Below are positions 31,576-41,844 of a stretch of 64,000 nucleotides of DNA, piece by piece (positions within the stretch are counted from its first letter, which is position 1; every line of letters starts with the position of its first letter). The notes under the pieces were generated by a model that had not been told where the DNA came from, ran no database searches, and saw only the letters and a list, made by a program, of their open reading frames with translations. Location: positions 128,001 through 192,000 of the forward strand of contig CAWCXJ010000009.1 of the NCBI GenBank assembly GCA_963799485.1. The letters are read 5' to 3'. A program made the position numbers and the translations under genes. This stretch comes from an uncultured Trueperaceae bacterium. Lineage in GTDB: Bacteria; Deinococcota; Deinococci; Deinococcales; Trueperaceae.

Positions 31576-31765
31576 AGTCGCTTCTCGGTTTGGGCTTAAT
31601 TACGCGCTCTGTCCAAGGGAAGTTCGACTCACGCCGGGTGTCGTGTAACCTCCAACGAGCTGCGTAGCGGACACAACGACCACAGTAGTCTACTTCAGCT
31701 GGCCTCAATAAGGGCGGCTGAATTAAAAGAGTCTATCCGATTCAAAACAACTTGACGTAGACGAA

Positions 31766-32761
31766 CTAGCGGTACCGCGAATTCGTGCCCGCATTCCACA
31801 TGTCAGGGTTCGGCCCCAAAATATCTTTTAGTGGTTCAGTTGCTGCGTTTATAGCGTCTAGGTCGCTTTGAGTGAGGGACACGTTGGCGGCTTGTACATT
31901 AGCCTCGAGCTGCTCAACATTTCGCGCCCCAACTAAAACGCAGGGAACGCTGGGTTGCTGTAACAGCCAGGCAAGAGAAACATGTGTCAAGGGATGTCCC
32001 AGACGTTCAGCTATCGCAGAGAGCTCGGTGATGGTACGAAACGTTTCGGCTTCTGCTCCCGCTTCGCCGTGTCCCGCTTGAGGGCGGGTTCCTGCAAAGT
32101 GACGGGTACGCGCGCGCCCTTCGGGCACATCATCAGCAGTTCTAAATTTGCCGGTTAGAAGCCCCTGCATCAAGGGGGTATAGGGCAAAATACCTACGCC
32201 ACGCTGATGCGCCAAGGGAATGATCTCATTCTCGATAGCCCGCCATAGCAAGCTGTAAGGCAACTGGTTGGTTACTGGTGTAGCGAGCTTTAGGTAGTCG
32301 GCAAGGTCACCTACACCGAAATTGCTTACACCAATCGCGCGCACCATGCCCTGTTTTTTGAGAGACTCGAGCTTCCCAATTGTGTCGGCCAAAGGCACCT
32401 CGTGGTTTGGCCAATGAATCTGGTAAAGGTCGATGTAGTCGGTATTCAGGCGGCGCAAACTGGCGACGCAGGCAGCTTCCAGGTCGTCTGGTCGGAGATT
32501 TTTAGTGCTCGCTTTCGTAGCGATGACGACTCCTTCGCGCCTACCGGAAAAAACGCGCCCGAGCAGTTCCTCGGAGTAACCATCGCCGTAACCCTCTGCC
32601 GTATCGAAAAACGTGATTCCCGACTCGAGCGCAGCTTCGATGGTTTGCACCGAATCCTGCTCGTCCTGATCACCCCAGGTTTGTCCACCCGCAAAGGCAA
32701 AACAGCCCAGAACCAGGGTGGAGACGCAGATGTCAGTGTGATTTAGGGTCGTATAGTTCAT
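31766..32761 (-). CDS. Aldo/keto reductase
   Basis: FFDTAEGYG, IATK, DYIDLYQIHWP, IGVSNF, NQLPYSLL. Confidence 0.95.
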   Translation of the reverse strand: MNYTTLNHTDICVSTLVLGCFAFAGGQTWGDQDEQDSVQTIEAALESGITFFDTAEGYGDGYSEELLGRVFSGRREGVVIATKASTKNLRPDDLEAACVASLRRLNTDYIDLYQIHWPNHEVPLADTIGKLESLKKQGMVRAIGVSNFGVGDLADYLKLATPVTNQLPYSLLWRAIENEIIPLAHQRGVGILPYTPLMQGLLTGKFRTADDVPEGRARTRHFAGTRPQAGHGEAGAEAETFRTITELSAIAERLGHPLTHVSLAWLLQQPSVPCVLVGARNVEQLEANVQAANVSLTQSDLDAINAATEPLKDILGPNPDMWNAGTNSRYR

Positions 32762-32873
32762 AACTCTTGTTCTCCTCTTTACACTTGCTGTTTCTAAGCG
32801 GCTCGAGACTTACCGACATCCTGGTTTGACTAGATGACTTGAGTTACTTTCGGAATAGTTGTGCTAGCGGTAG

Positions 32874-33704
32874 CTAAGCGGCAACCTCTTTTAGCATCTC
32901 CCGCATCACGCGGATATAGTGAGGAAGTGCCACCTCTGGCTCTGCTAGTTCAGGATGCCAGCCCTTCTCCCATTCGAGGCTGAGGTAGCCGCTATAGCCT
33001 CTGGCTTGCAGACGCTGTACGGCGTCCGAAATCGGCACGACCCCCTCGCCGATCAGTCTGAGATCGAAGGTGTCCGGTGACAGCTCTTGCGAGTCCTTGA
33101 TATGGACGAGCTCGATCCGGTCGCCGATCGCCGCTAGCGATTCGTCAAAGCTCTCACCGTGCCGATAGGAGTGCAGAACATCCCAGAGGACACCGGCGGG
33201 TATCTCCGAGGCGCCACTTGCAAAAAGCTCAGCGATCGACTTGCCGGTACTGCAGGTGTCATGAGTTTCCAGCAAAACTTTGACCCCGAAAGATTGAGCG
33301 CGCTCGGCTAGGGTAGCGAGCTGCTCGCGAAAGAGGGGATAATCGTCCTTGGTGGGCGCTTTACCCTCGAGTTCACCCGCGAAGACGCGCACGTAAGGTG
33401 CCTCTAGCCCTTGAGCAATCGTAAACATCGCGTCGGCTTCACCGAGTTGCTCGGCTCGTTTTGGGCCAGCGAGCCAGCCTAAGCGGAGGCTGGTATCGAC
33501 GCAAAACACCTCGAGCCCGGCGTCTTTGACCTGCTGCCGCGCAGCGTCTAGCTTTTCCGGGGCAAATTCCGGTAGCTTGCGAAGTTCGACTTCCCCGCGG
33601 ACCATCCTTAGTTCGATGCCGTCAAAACCGTAGCGGCGCGCGCCTTCGGTGACCTGCTCGAGTGTCCATTTAGGCGATCCTAGCGTGCTGAATCCAAGTT
33701 TCAT
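32874..33704 (-). CDS. Sugar phosphate isomerase/epimerase (xylose isomerase-like TIM barrel)
   Basis: GFDGIELR, LLETHD, WDVLH, VHIKD, SLEWE. Confidence 0.9.
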   Translation of the reverse strand: MKLGFSTLGSPKWTLEQVTEGARRYGFDGIELRMVRGEVELRKLPEFAPEKLDAARQQVKDAGLEVFCVDTSLRLGWLAGPKRAEQLGEADAMFTIAQGLEAPYVRVFAGELEGKAPTKDDYPLFREQLATLAERAQSFGVKVLLETHDTCSTGKSIAELFASGASEIPAGVLWDVLHSYRHGESFDESLAAIGDRIELVHIKDSQELSPDTFDLRLIGEGVVPISDAVQRLQARGYSGYLSLEWEKGWHPELAEPEVALPHYIRVMREMLKEVAA

Positions 33705-33743
33705 CTGTAGCCTCTTTCTCTGCAACATGCAGCGGTTGAAGTT

Positions 33744-34640
33744 TTATCCTTTAAGTGCGCCTGCCAGCCCTTCGACAAAAAAGCGTTGCAGGATCAGGAA
33801 AACGGCGATAACGGGTAGGATGGTGATGACGATAGCCGCCGCCAACCCGACCCAATCGGTGGCGTTCGCCCCTTGAAAAGCGATGAGACCCGACTGCAAA
33901 TTGCGCAGTTCGGGGCGTCCCAGGGTGTAGATGATCGGGGTCAGGATGTCTTCCCACGACGCGATAAACTGAAAGATCACCGTCGTGGCGGTAATGGGAC
34001 CAACCAGCGGCACCGACAGCATAAACTTCTGCCAAAAGCTCGCTCCATCGACATCTGCTGCGTCGAACAGCTCCTGAGGCAGAGCCCGGAACGCCCCGGT
34101 AAAGAGCAGCACCCAGAGCGATCCCCCCCCACCTTGAATAAGCGGCACGATAAAGTAGGTATTCATCAGCTGAAAGAAATTTTGATCGATCCAGTTGACC
34201 AGGCGAAACTGCGGGATGACGGACGCCTCGACCGGAATGAACACGGTAAATGCCACCAGTGCCAAAATGAACCGACGACCGGGAAAACTGTAGCGTGCCA
34301 ATACGTAGCCTGCTAAAATCGAGCGCGCTACCGCAATCACGACCGCGCCGACGCCGTACAGCACCGAGTTGCCGAAGTAGCGGTCAAAGTCGGCGACGTT
34401 CCAGGCGCGGATAAAGTTGGCAAAGCCGGCCCCAACCTCCGGGATGAGGTTGGGGCCGGCCGTAAAGACTTCCCTCGAGGTCTTGAACGCGGCCGAAATA
34501 ATCCACAGAATCGGATACATCCAGAAGTAGCCGATCACAAGCAGCACGGCCCACAAGATGAGGTTGTTGCGAAGCTGACGACTAGAGAAACGACCATAGC
34601 GGCGCTTGCGGGACGGGTTTGGGCTCGGTATCTCACTCAC
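33744..34640 (-). CDS. Carbohydrate ABC transporter permease (MalG-like)
   Basis: ELFDAADVDGAS EAA loop, LQRFFVEGL..GALKG. Confidence 0.95.
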   Translation of the reverse strand: MSEIPSPNPSRKRRYGRFSSRQLRNNLILWAVLLVIGYFWMYPILWIISAAFKTSREVFTAGPNLIPEVGAGFANFIRAWNVADFDRYFGNSVLYGVGAVVIAVARSILAGYVLARYSFPGRRFILALVAFTVFIPVEASVIPQFRLVNWIDQNFFQLMNTYFIVPLIQGGGGSLWVLLFTGAFRALPQELFDAADVDGASFWQKFMLSVPLVGPITATTVIFQFIASWEDILTPIIYTLGRPELRNLQSGLIAFQGANATDWVGLAAAIVITILPVIAVFLILQRFFVEGLAGALKG

Positions 34641-35599
34641 GCTGCCCCTCCCATCTGAGCTTGCGAGCGGCGAACGGCGACGGCCTGAACCGCAAAGACC
34701 ACCAAGATAAACAGGGCAAAAAGCAGCCCGCCCGCCGAAATATAGCCGTAGCGGAAAGGCGTTTCAGTAAAAGCGCGGTTATAGGTCCAGAGCTGCATGA
34801 CGTAGCTCTGACTACCCGGCCCCCCATTGGTGAGCGTCAAGACGATACCAAACACACTGAACGCGTTGACCAGTCCGAGAAACGATATGATGATTGCAAG
34901 CGGTCTAATTGAAGGGAGGGTTACGAAAAAAAGCTCCTCCCAAAAGTTCGCGCCGTCTATTTGCGCCGCGTCGCTCAGCGAGCTCGGCACACTCTGCAAC
35001 GCAGCAATCCAGTAGATGAGGTACTGCCCGAAAATCTGCCAGACGCTGACGACAATAATCGTGGTCATCGCCGCGCCGCGGCTGCCGAAGAAGATGTTTG
35101 CACGACTAGAAATAAGGTCTAAGTCTCGTAGCACCGAGGGCACAGCGCCATTTAAGGGGTGGAGCAAAAAAGCGAAGATCAAACCAGCAATAGCCGTGGG
35201 AATAACAATCGGCAAAAAGTAGACGGTACGGAAAAACGTCTTGCCGACAACCCAGGAACGCGTGAGGAAAAGTGCCAGCAAGAGCGCGAGGGGGAGTTTG
35301 ACCAAAGTGTTGCCCAACCCGAAGATAAGGGTATTGATAAAGCTCCGCTTGAACAGGTCGTCGCGGAGGAGCTCGCGGTAGTTCGCCAAACCGATCCAGG
35401 TGAACTCGCCGCCGGGGACCTGGAAGTCTGTAAAGGACCAGGTCGCGCTAGCGACTATCGGCCAGATGGTAAAGCCGACAAAAAAGAGCAGAAAAGGAGT
35501 TAAAAAGAGGTAGCACCAGCCCCATTCACGCCAACGACTGCGTGAACGGGACGAGGGGGCGTTGCGTTGGTTTATGGGTACTTTCGGTGTGGTGCTCAA
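34637..35599 (-). CDS. Carbohydrate ABC transporter permease (MalF-like)
   Basis: GLANY, DAAQIDGAN, TNGGPG. Confidence 0.95.
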   Translation of the reverse strand: MSTTPKVPINQRNAPSSRSRSRWREWGWCYLFLTPFLLFFVGFTIWPIVASATWSFTDFQVPGGEFTWIGLANYRELLRDDLFKRSFINTLIFGLGNTLVKLPLALLLALFLTRSWVVGKTFFRTVYFLPIVIPTAIAGLIFAFLLHPLNGAVPSVLRDLDLISSRANIFFGSRGAAMTTIIVVSVWQIFGQYLIYWIAALQSVPSSLSDAAQIDGANFWEELFFVTLPSIRPLAIIISFLGLVNAFSVFGIVLTLTNGGPGSQSYVMQLWTYNRAFTETPFRYGYISAGGLLFALFILVVFAVQAVAVRRSQAQMGGAA

Positions 35600-35683
35600 G
35601 AGAGTCTACCTCGTGATCTCTAAGAGTGGCGCTCTTGGCGCGTAACCCGGCACCACCCTTAGTTAGTGCCCTACGCCGTTCCG

Positions 35684-37135
35684 TTACGGGCAGAGCGGGT
35701 AGACGCCATAGTCGAAATCTTCGTCGAAAGACCAGTCGGGATAGGTGTAATAGTCGAGGCTCACGTTAAGCCCTGCCTCCTGCTCTTCAGCGAGGTTGGC
35801 CTCGAACAGTTCCTGCCGCCCTGTAGCTAGGCGCTGAGCCGTTACTGTCCAGTCCTCACCGTTCACCAACGCTTCGACGATACTCTCCTGTTCGTCGGGA
35901 AGCGAGGTGTTTTGCAGCGCATCTTGGTACGCTGTCGACTGCGTCATGTCCGCGCAAGCCAGCAGCGGTACGGGTTCGTATATCCGGTAGCCGTCAGACG
36001 CAATCGAGATGATTTCCTGCTGAACCTCATCGTTCGGGTCGATCCACTGAGCGTTGTCCGTAAAGGTAAGAAAGCCGAAGCCGCCCCCGACGTAGCCTTG
36101 TGCGTAAGGACCTTCCGGACGGGTAAGCCACTCGATGACGGCCCACGCCGCTTCGGGGTTGTCAGCCTGGCTCGAGACGTAAATTGTCGAGGGGATGAGT
36201 CCTATGGCCAGCTTGCCGCGTGGCTCTTCGTCGGGGACAGGGATGGGCGCGACACCAAAATTCAGGTCACCGAAGCCCATGCTGTCCCACACCACGGGCA
36301 TCCACGAGCCGTCCACGTAAAAAGCAGCTTGATCGAGGGCAAAAATCTGCCTCGAGGTCTCGCGGTCGGTGCTAGCGACGCCAGGAATAAAGTATTCGCC
36401 GTCGTAGAGCGTTTTCAGCAGCTCCCAGGCGCGCAGACGAGCCGGATCGGCGTAAGAGAAATTTCCAGTTTGGAGATTGATTGGGTTATAAGTTTCAGCA
36501 ACCGAAGTAAAAGGAAGCCACCAGCGGTCAAACTGTGACGTAGAATCAAAAGAGGCAGAAAAGCAGGAGTTACCGCTCTGGGTGACTTGCTCGCAGACCG
36601 CGAGAAGCTCGCTCCACGTTGTCGGAATCTGACTTTCTGGATCAACGCCTGCAGCTTCTAGAACGGTGCGGTTATAGTACATGTAACCATGTCCGTAGAT
36701 CGTTCTGTCACGGAGCGGAATCCCGTATACCGTTCCGTTCACCATATTATGTCCGTCGATAAACATGCCTTCTGGAAAACGGTCGAACCACTCTTGCGGA
36801 ATTTCTTGGTCACCTGCTGCTGGCGCAACCCAGTTGGCTTCTAAAAGATCGTTCAAGGGCAGTTGGTCGAAGCCGTCGATAAAGAAAATATCCGGTGCTT
36901 CACCACTCTCGAAGCTAAGCGGCAGCGTTTGCTGAAAGGAATCGATAGACATCGTCTCGAAGTTCAGCTCCCACTCGGGGTACTCCTCTTGAAACGCCTG
37001 CTCCAACTCCCTATAGAGTTCGTTCTGCTCAGCAGAAATTCCCAGCACGGTGATGGTCGTTTCCTGTGCTGCCGTAAAATTCAACGCTGATAGGGCCAGC
37101 GCGGTTCCGAATCCTATCCAACTCTGTCTATACAT
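35684..37135 (-). CDS. Extracellular sugar-binding protein (family 1)
   Basis: Signal peptide after GAGGAGG SD; APDIF, YYNRTVL, PTTWSEL, AAFYVDGSW. Confidence 0.9.
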   Translation of the reverse strand: MYRQSWIGFGTALALSALNFTAAQETTITVLGISAEQNELYRELEQAFQEEYPEWELNFETMSIDSFQQTLPLSFESGEAPDIFFIDGFDQLPLNDLLEANWVAPAAGDQEIPQEWFDRFPEGMFIDGHNMVNGTVYGIPLRDRTIYGHGYMYYNRTVLEAAGVDPESQIPTTWSELLAVCEQVTQSGNSCFSASFDSTSQFDRWWLPFTSVAETYNPINLQTGNFSYADPARLRAWELLKTLYDGEYFIPGVASTDRETSRQIFALDQAAFYVDGSWMPVVWDSMGFGDLNFGVAPIPVPDEEPRGKLAIGLIPSTIYVSSQADNPEAAWAVIEWLTRPEGPYAQGYVGGGFGFLTFTDNAQWIDPNDEVQQEIISIASDGYRIYEPVPLLACADMTQSTAYQDALQNTSLPDEQESIVEALVNGEDWTVTAQRLATGRQELFEANLAEEQEAGLNVSLDYYTYPDWSFDEDFDYGVYPLCP

Positions 37136-37267
37136 CCTTATATCCTCCTCAGCTAAACCTTGATTTGAAAATGGGTGCCTCGTCTGACTCTGACTAAAGA
37201 CCGCTAGCGCACAAAGTCCGGCTACGAACACCTCCGTCCCTCCAGGACTGTTTGCCTGTATACTTTT

Positions 37268-37291
37268 AATATATGTACTATATCATATATT
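37268..37291. promoter_or_regulatory. Palindromic operator candidate in divergent promoter
   Basis: AATATATG-N8-CATATATT between the divergent sugar operons; GntR gene in the locus. Confidence 0.4.
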
Positions 37292-37544
37292 TTATCTTGT
37301 GCAAGCGGTTGTCAGCCGAACTGTACATTGGTGTCTGAAGTGCAGACCCCAAGTTGTACGGGGGTCGCTGTGAAGTATTGGGCGTTCGTGCCTGTAGTTA
37401 CTCGACCGAAAGAGCGCAAGATGCCGCCCGTTACGTCCGAGCCTACTTAACAGGGTTAAAGCTAGGGTGGCGAGCGGGACCAACACGAGGCGTAGCTCTT
37501 GAGAGTACGTCGCGCTGTACAGGGGAACGAAAGGAAGAAAACAT

Positions 37545-38606
37545 ATGTCGCAAGGAGATACACAAGGAAACATCGTTTCAGTAGGCGTTGCCGGGCTCGG
37601 GCGTAGTGGCTGGAATATTCACGCGGAAGCTCTCAAAAAGCTGCCGCAGCACTTTCGCATTGTAGCTGCCATGGACGTCGACGCCGCGCGCCGTGCTGAA
37701 GCGGAAGCGACCTTCGGCTGCCGGAGCTACGACAGCTTCGAGGCGCTCGTTGCTGACGATGACCTCGAGCTAGTGGTCGTAGCGACTCCGAACCGACTGC
37801 ACACCGAACACGCAATTGCAGCGATGCGCGCAGGTCGTCATGTAGTCGTCGAAAAGCCCTTTGCGCTTACGCCCGAAGACGCTGACCGAACGATTGCCGT
37901 GGCGAGTGAGGTAAGACGCGTCGTAGCTCCATTTCAAAACCGCCGCTACGAGCCACACTTCCAGAAAGTCCAAGAGGTGATCGACTCGGGTATCCTCGGC
38001 AGGATCGTCGAAATCCGTATAGTCTGGCACTCGTTTACGCGCCGCTGGGACTGGCAAACCCTTAAGGAGTTCGGCGGTGGGCTTCTCAATAACAACGGGC
38101 CGCACCTGCTCGACCAGGCTCTCGAGCTCTTCGGTCCTGCCGAGCCGGATGTCACTGTGGACCTGCAAAATGCGCTCAGTAGCGGCGACGCCGAGGATCA
38201 CGTCAAACTTATGCTGCGCGCACCGGACGCACCTACTATCGACATCGAGCTAACGGCCGTGTGCGCCTACCCGCAAGACCGCTGGCTAGTCATGGGCACG
38301 GCAGGAGGGTTGCGCGGGAGCACCACAAAGCTCGAATGGAAATGGGTCGATTGGAGCACCATGCCCGAGCGCCCTGTCGAGCGCGTACCAACCTCGGACC
38401 GAACCTATAACAGCGAAGCCCTGAGCTGGTCAGAAGATGCCTGGGAGGGCGTGGAGGACGGTTCCCGCGAACACCTGCGTTTTTATGAAGACCTGCACGC
38501 CACGCTGCAGAGCGGTGCGCCGCTGGTGATTACCCCCGAGAGTGTGCGCCGTCAGATGAAAATAATCCACACCTGCCGTGAACTGGCCCCGCGAGCACTT
38601 GGTTGA
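37545..38606 (+). CDS. Gfo/Idh/MocA oxidoreductase
   Basis: GLGRSG, VEKPFA, FQNRR, GGLLNNNGPHLLDQ. Confidence 0.95.
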   Translation: MSQGDTQGNIVSVGVAGLGRSGWNIHAEALKKLPQHFRIVAAMDVDAARRAEAEATFGCRSYDSFEALVADDDLELVVVATPNRLHTEHAIAAMRAGRHVVVEKPFALTPEDADRTIAVASEVRRVVAPFQNRRYEPHFQKVQEVIDSGILGRIVEIRIVWHSFTRRWDWQTLKEFGGGLLNNNGPHLLDQALELFGPAEPDVTVDLQNALSSGDAEDHVKLMLRAPDAPTIDIELTAVCAYPQDRWLVMGTAGGLRGSTTKLEWKWVDWSTMPERPVERVPTSDRTYNSEALSWSEDAWEGVEDGSREHLRFYEDLHATLQSGAPLVITPESVRRQMKIIHTCRELAPRALG

Positions 38607-38661
38607 ATAACGTTGTTTAGCGAAAGCGAGTTAGAGCCTGAGGGTAACGAGGAGAACTGAC

Positions 38662-39813
38662 ATGGCGACGGAGCGAATTGGCATCATTATGAACGGCGTC
38701 ACCGGACGGATGGGGAAGAACCAGCACCTGCTGCGTTCGGTTAAAGCGATTATGGACGAGGGGGGCTTACCGTTGCCGAACGGCGACAGGCTCATGCCTG
38801 ACCCCATCCTCGTCGGGCGAAACGCGGTGAAGATGGAAGCGCTGGCAAAGGAAGCTGGTCTCGAGCGCTGGAGTACGGACTTAGAAGCTTGCCTTAAGAG
38901 CTCCGAGGACACCCTCTACTTCGACGCTGTTTTGACGCAACACCGAGCTGAAAATATCAAAAAGGCTGTAGCAGCTGGGAAACACATCTACACCGAGAAA
39001 CCGATTGCAGAAAGCCTCGAGGCAGCACTTGAGCTGGCCCGACTCGCAAAAGACGCAGGCGTCAAAAACGGCGCGGTTCACGACAAACTCTATCTGCAAG
39101 GCTTACAAAAGCTCAAACGGCTGGTGGACGGCGGCTTTTTCGGGCGCATCTTGTCTGTTCGCGGCGAGTTCGGTTACTGGGTTTTTGAAGGCGACTGGCA
39201 AGCCGCGCAGCGCCCGAGCTGGAACTACCGCAAAGATGAGGGCGGCGGCGTTATCGTTGATATGCTCTGTCACTGGCGCTATGTTTTGGACAATATCTTT
39301 GCGCCGGTCAAGGCCGTAAGTTGCCTCGGCACAACGCATATTCCCAAACGCTGGGATGAGCAGGGTGAACCCTACGACGCGACCGCCGACGACGCGGCTT
39401 ACGCGGTGTTCGCGCTGGAAGGGGGCGTCGTCGCACAAATCAACTCGAGCTGGTGTACCCGCGTCTACCGTGACGAACTCGTCTCGTTTCAGGTTGACGG
39501 CACCCACGGCAGCGCCGTCGCAGGACTGCGCGAATGCAAAATCCAGCACCGCAGCATGACGCCCAGACCCGTGTGGAACCCCGATATTCCCAGCCCCATC
39601 GACTTTTACGCCGACTGGAAAGACGTCCCGGACAATCAAGCGTTCGACAACGGGTTTAAGACGCAGTGGGAGGCGTTTTTACGGCATGTGGTCTTAGACA
39701 CGCCGTATCGGTTTGACCTGCTCGAGGGTGCCAAAGGGGTGCAGCTGGCGGAACTAGGTTTGCAGAGCTGGAGAGAGCGCCGCTGGCTCGAGGTTCCTGA
39801 GTTGAGCCTTTAG
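38662..39813 (+). CDS. Gfo/Idh/MocA oxidoreductase
   Basis: IMNGVTGRMG, YTEKP, RGEFGYWVFEG, RPSWNYR. Confidence 0.95.
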   Translation: MATERIGIIMNGVTGRMGKNQHLLRSVKAIMDEGGLPLPNGDRLMPDPILVGRNAVKMEALAKEAGLERWSTDLEACLKSSEDTLYFDAVLTQHRAENIKKAVAAGKHIYTEKPIAESLEAALELARLAKDAGVKNGAVHDKLYLQGLQKLKRLVDGGFFGRILSVRGEFGYWVFEGDWQAAQRPSWNYRKDEGGGVIVDMLCHWRYVLDNIFAPVKAVSCLGTTHIPKRWDEQGEPYDATADDAAYAVFALEGGVVAQINSSWCTRVYRDELVSFQVDGTHGSAVAGLRECKIQHRSMTPRPVWNPDIPSPIDFYADWKDVPDNQAFDNGFKTQWEAFLRHVVLDTPYRFDLLEGAKGVQLAELGLQSWRERRWLEVPELSL

Positions 39814-39820
39814 GAGATAT

Positions 39821-40990
39821 ATGAACCTGACGATAGCTTTACCCGATAAAAGCGGCAAGCCGGGGCCCTACACGCTCGCGGCACCCGTAACCTACGCCCC
39901 ACCTGAGAAGCCGTTCGCGAGCCGTACGCTTTACGCCGCCGCGCACGTCGTCGCCGACCCCACGGCGGACAATAGCGAGGGCAACCCTGCTGTTATCGAC
40001 TGGGAGAAGACGTTAGCGTTTCGTCGTCACTTGTGGCGTTACGGGTTCGGCGTCGCCGAGGCGATGGACACCGCGCAGCGCGGTTTTGGGCTCGACTGGG
40101 CGGCGACCAAGGAGCTTATCCGGCGTTCTATCGCCGAGGCGCAAAAGGTGGGCGGGCTTATCGCTTGCGGTGCGGGGACAGACCAATTAGGCGACGATTA
40201 TGCCGGTTTGACTTTGAACGACGTTATTGCTGCCTACGAAGAACAAATCGACTACATCGAAGCGTGTGGCGGACGCATGATTTTGATGGCCTCGAGAGCG
40301 CTGGCAGCCGTTGCCCAAACGCCGGATGATTACCTCGAGGTTTACGGGCACTTGCTCGCCAAGGTTAAAGAACCCGTGATTTTGCACTGGCTCGGCGAGA
40401 TGTTCGACCCGCAGCTTAAGGGGTATTGGGGTTCAGAAAACTGGCAAGAAGCAGGAGATGCGCTCCTAGAAATTATCCGTAAAAACCCTAAAAAAGTTGA
40501 CGGTATGAAGATGAGCCTTTTGGACGCCGTAAAAGAAATCCACCTCCGCAGAAGGCTCCCTCAAGGCGTCAAGATGTATACCGGCGACGACTTCAACTAC
40601 GACACACTGATTAAAGGCGACGAACAAGGCTTTAGTCACGGGCTTTTAGGTATTTTCGACCCGATTGCGCCTGCAGCGGCGGCGGCTATGGCGGCGCTCG
40701 AGTACGGCGACAGCAAAGCCTACGACCGCATCCTTGCACCCACGGTTTTGCTTTCTCGTCATATCTTTGAACCACCGACCTTTTACTACAAAACGGGCAT
40801 CGTCTTTTTGGCGTATCTAAATGGTCAACAAGACCACTTCAAAATGGTAGGGGGACTCGAGGACAAACGCTCTCTGGGGCATCTGGTCGAGCTGTTCAAA
40901 CTTGCAGATAAAGCCGGACTACTGAGTCGCCACGAGCTTGCAGTGGAGCGTATGAAAAGGGTACTCGAGACCCCAACGGTCGGTGCTTGA
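39821..40990 (+). CDS. DUF993 / DHDPS-like TIM-barrel protein
   Basis: AAAHVVADP, VAEAMDTAQRG, ILHWLG.MFDP, MYTGDDFNY. Confidence 0.9.
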   Translation: MNLTIALPDKSGKPGPYTLAAPVTYAPPEKPFASRTLYAAAHVVADPTADNSEGNPAVIDWEKTLAFRRHLWRYGFGVAEAMDTAQRGFGLDWAATKELIRRSIAEAQKVGGLIACGAGTDQLGDDYAGLTLNDVIAAYEEQIDYIEACGGRMILMASRALAAVAQTPDDYLEVYGHLLAKVKEPVILHWLGEMFDPQLKGYWGSENWQEAGDALLEIIRKNPKKVDGMKMSLLDAVKEIHLRRRLPQGVKMYTGDDFNYDTLIKGDEQGFSHGLLGIFDPIAPAAAAAMAALEYGDSKAYDRILAPTVLLSRHIFEPPTFYYKTGIVFLAYLNGQQDHFKMVGGLEDKRSLGHLVELFKLADKAGLLSRHELAVERMKRVLETPTVGA

Positions 40991-41844
40991 TGGCAGCTTT
41001 TACGGACACCTCACGCCTGAGTTTGAATCAGTACACCACTTTTAACTGGAGCACAGAAGAAGCTATCGCGGGCTGCCGTAAAGCGGGGCTCGGGTGGATT
41101 GGGTTATGGCGCGATAAGGTCGAAGCACAGGGGCTAAACAACACCGTTAAACTTTTACGGGAACATGAGGTGAAGGTCTCGAGCCTGTGCCGTGGTGGTA
41201 TGTTTCCTGCTGAGAGCGAAACTGAACGCCAAAAACGCATTAACGACAACTTAAGGGCTATCGACGAATGCGTGACCTTAGGAACGGACACGCTGGTGCT
41301 GGTTTGCGGCGGCTTGCACACCAGAGACATCGCCGAGGCGCGGCAGCTGGTCTACGACGGTATCGCCGCAATTATCCCCTACGCTCAGGAGCGTGGTGTC
41401 AAGCTCGGGATTGAGCCCCTGCACCCGATGTACGCGGCTGACCGCAACGTCGTCGTGACCCTAAAGCAAGCCAACGACTTTGCCCTTTCTCTCAACGCAG
41501 CAGCAGGTGGGCAGACCGTCGGCGTTGTTATCGACGTATTCCATGTCTGGTGGGATCCGGACGTTTACAACGAAATCAGAAGGGCCTCTGGTCACACCTT
41601 CGGCTTTCATGTTTGCGATTGGATTACGCCCGTTCCCGATGTGCTTAAAGCGCGCGGCATGATGGGCGACGGCTGGATTGACATCCGTCAGCTCCGAGAA
41701 GCCGTGGACACTGCAGGCTACCGTGGTCCTATCGAGTGCGAAATCTTCAACCAAGCTCTGTGGGATACGCCCGGTGACGAGGTCTTGAAACAGATAAAAA
41801 CGCGCTACGTGAGCTACGTACGCGATATTCCGGGGGGGGCATGA
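40987..41844 (+). CDS. Sugar phosphate isomerase/epimerase
   Basis: LSLNQYT, SLCRGGMF, IEPLHPMYAADR, DVFHVWWD, HVCDW. Confidence 0.9.
   Translation: MMAAFTDTSRLSLNQYTTFNWSTEEAIAGCRKAGLGWIGLWRDKVEAQGLNNTVKLLREHEVKVSSLCRGGMFPAESETERQKRINDNLRAIDECVTLGTDTLVLVCGGLHTRDIAEARQLVYDGIAAIIPYAQERGVKLGIEPLHPMYAADRNVVVTLKQANDFALSLNAAAGGQTVGVVIDVFHVWWDPDVYNEIRRASGHTFGFHVCDWITPVPDVLKARGMMGDGWIDIRQLREAVDTAGYRGPIECEIFNQALWDTPGDEVLKQIKTRYVSYVRDIPGGA

Noticed and set aside
37300..37545. Long 5' leader of the Gfo/Idh/MocA operon as a riboswitch
   Set aside because: No recognisable aptamer consensus
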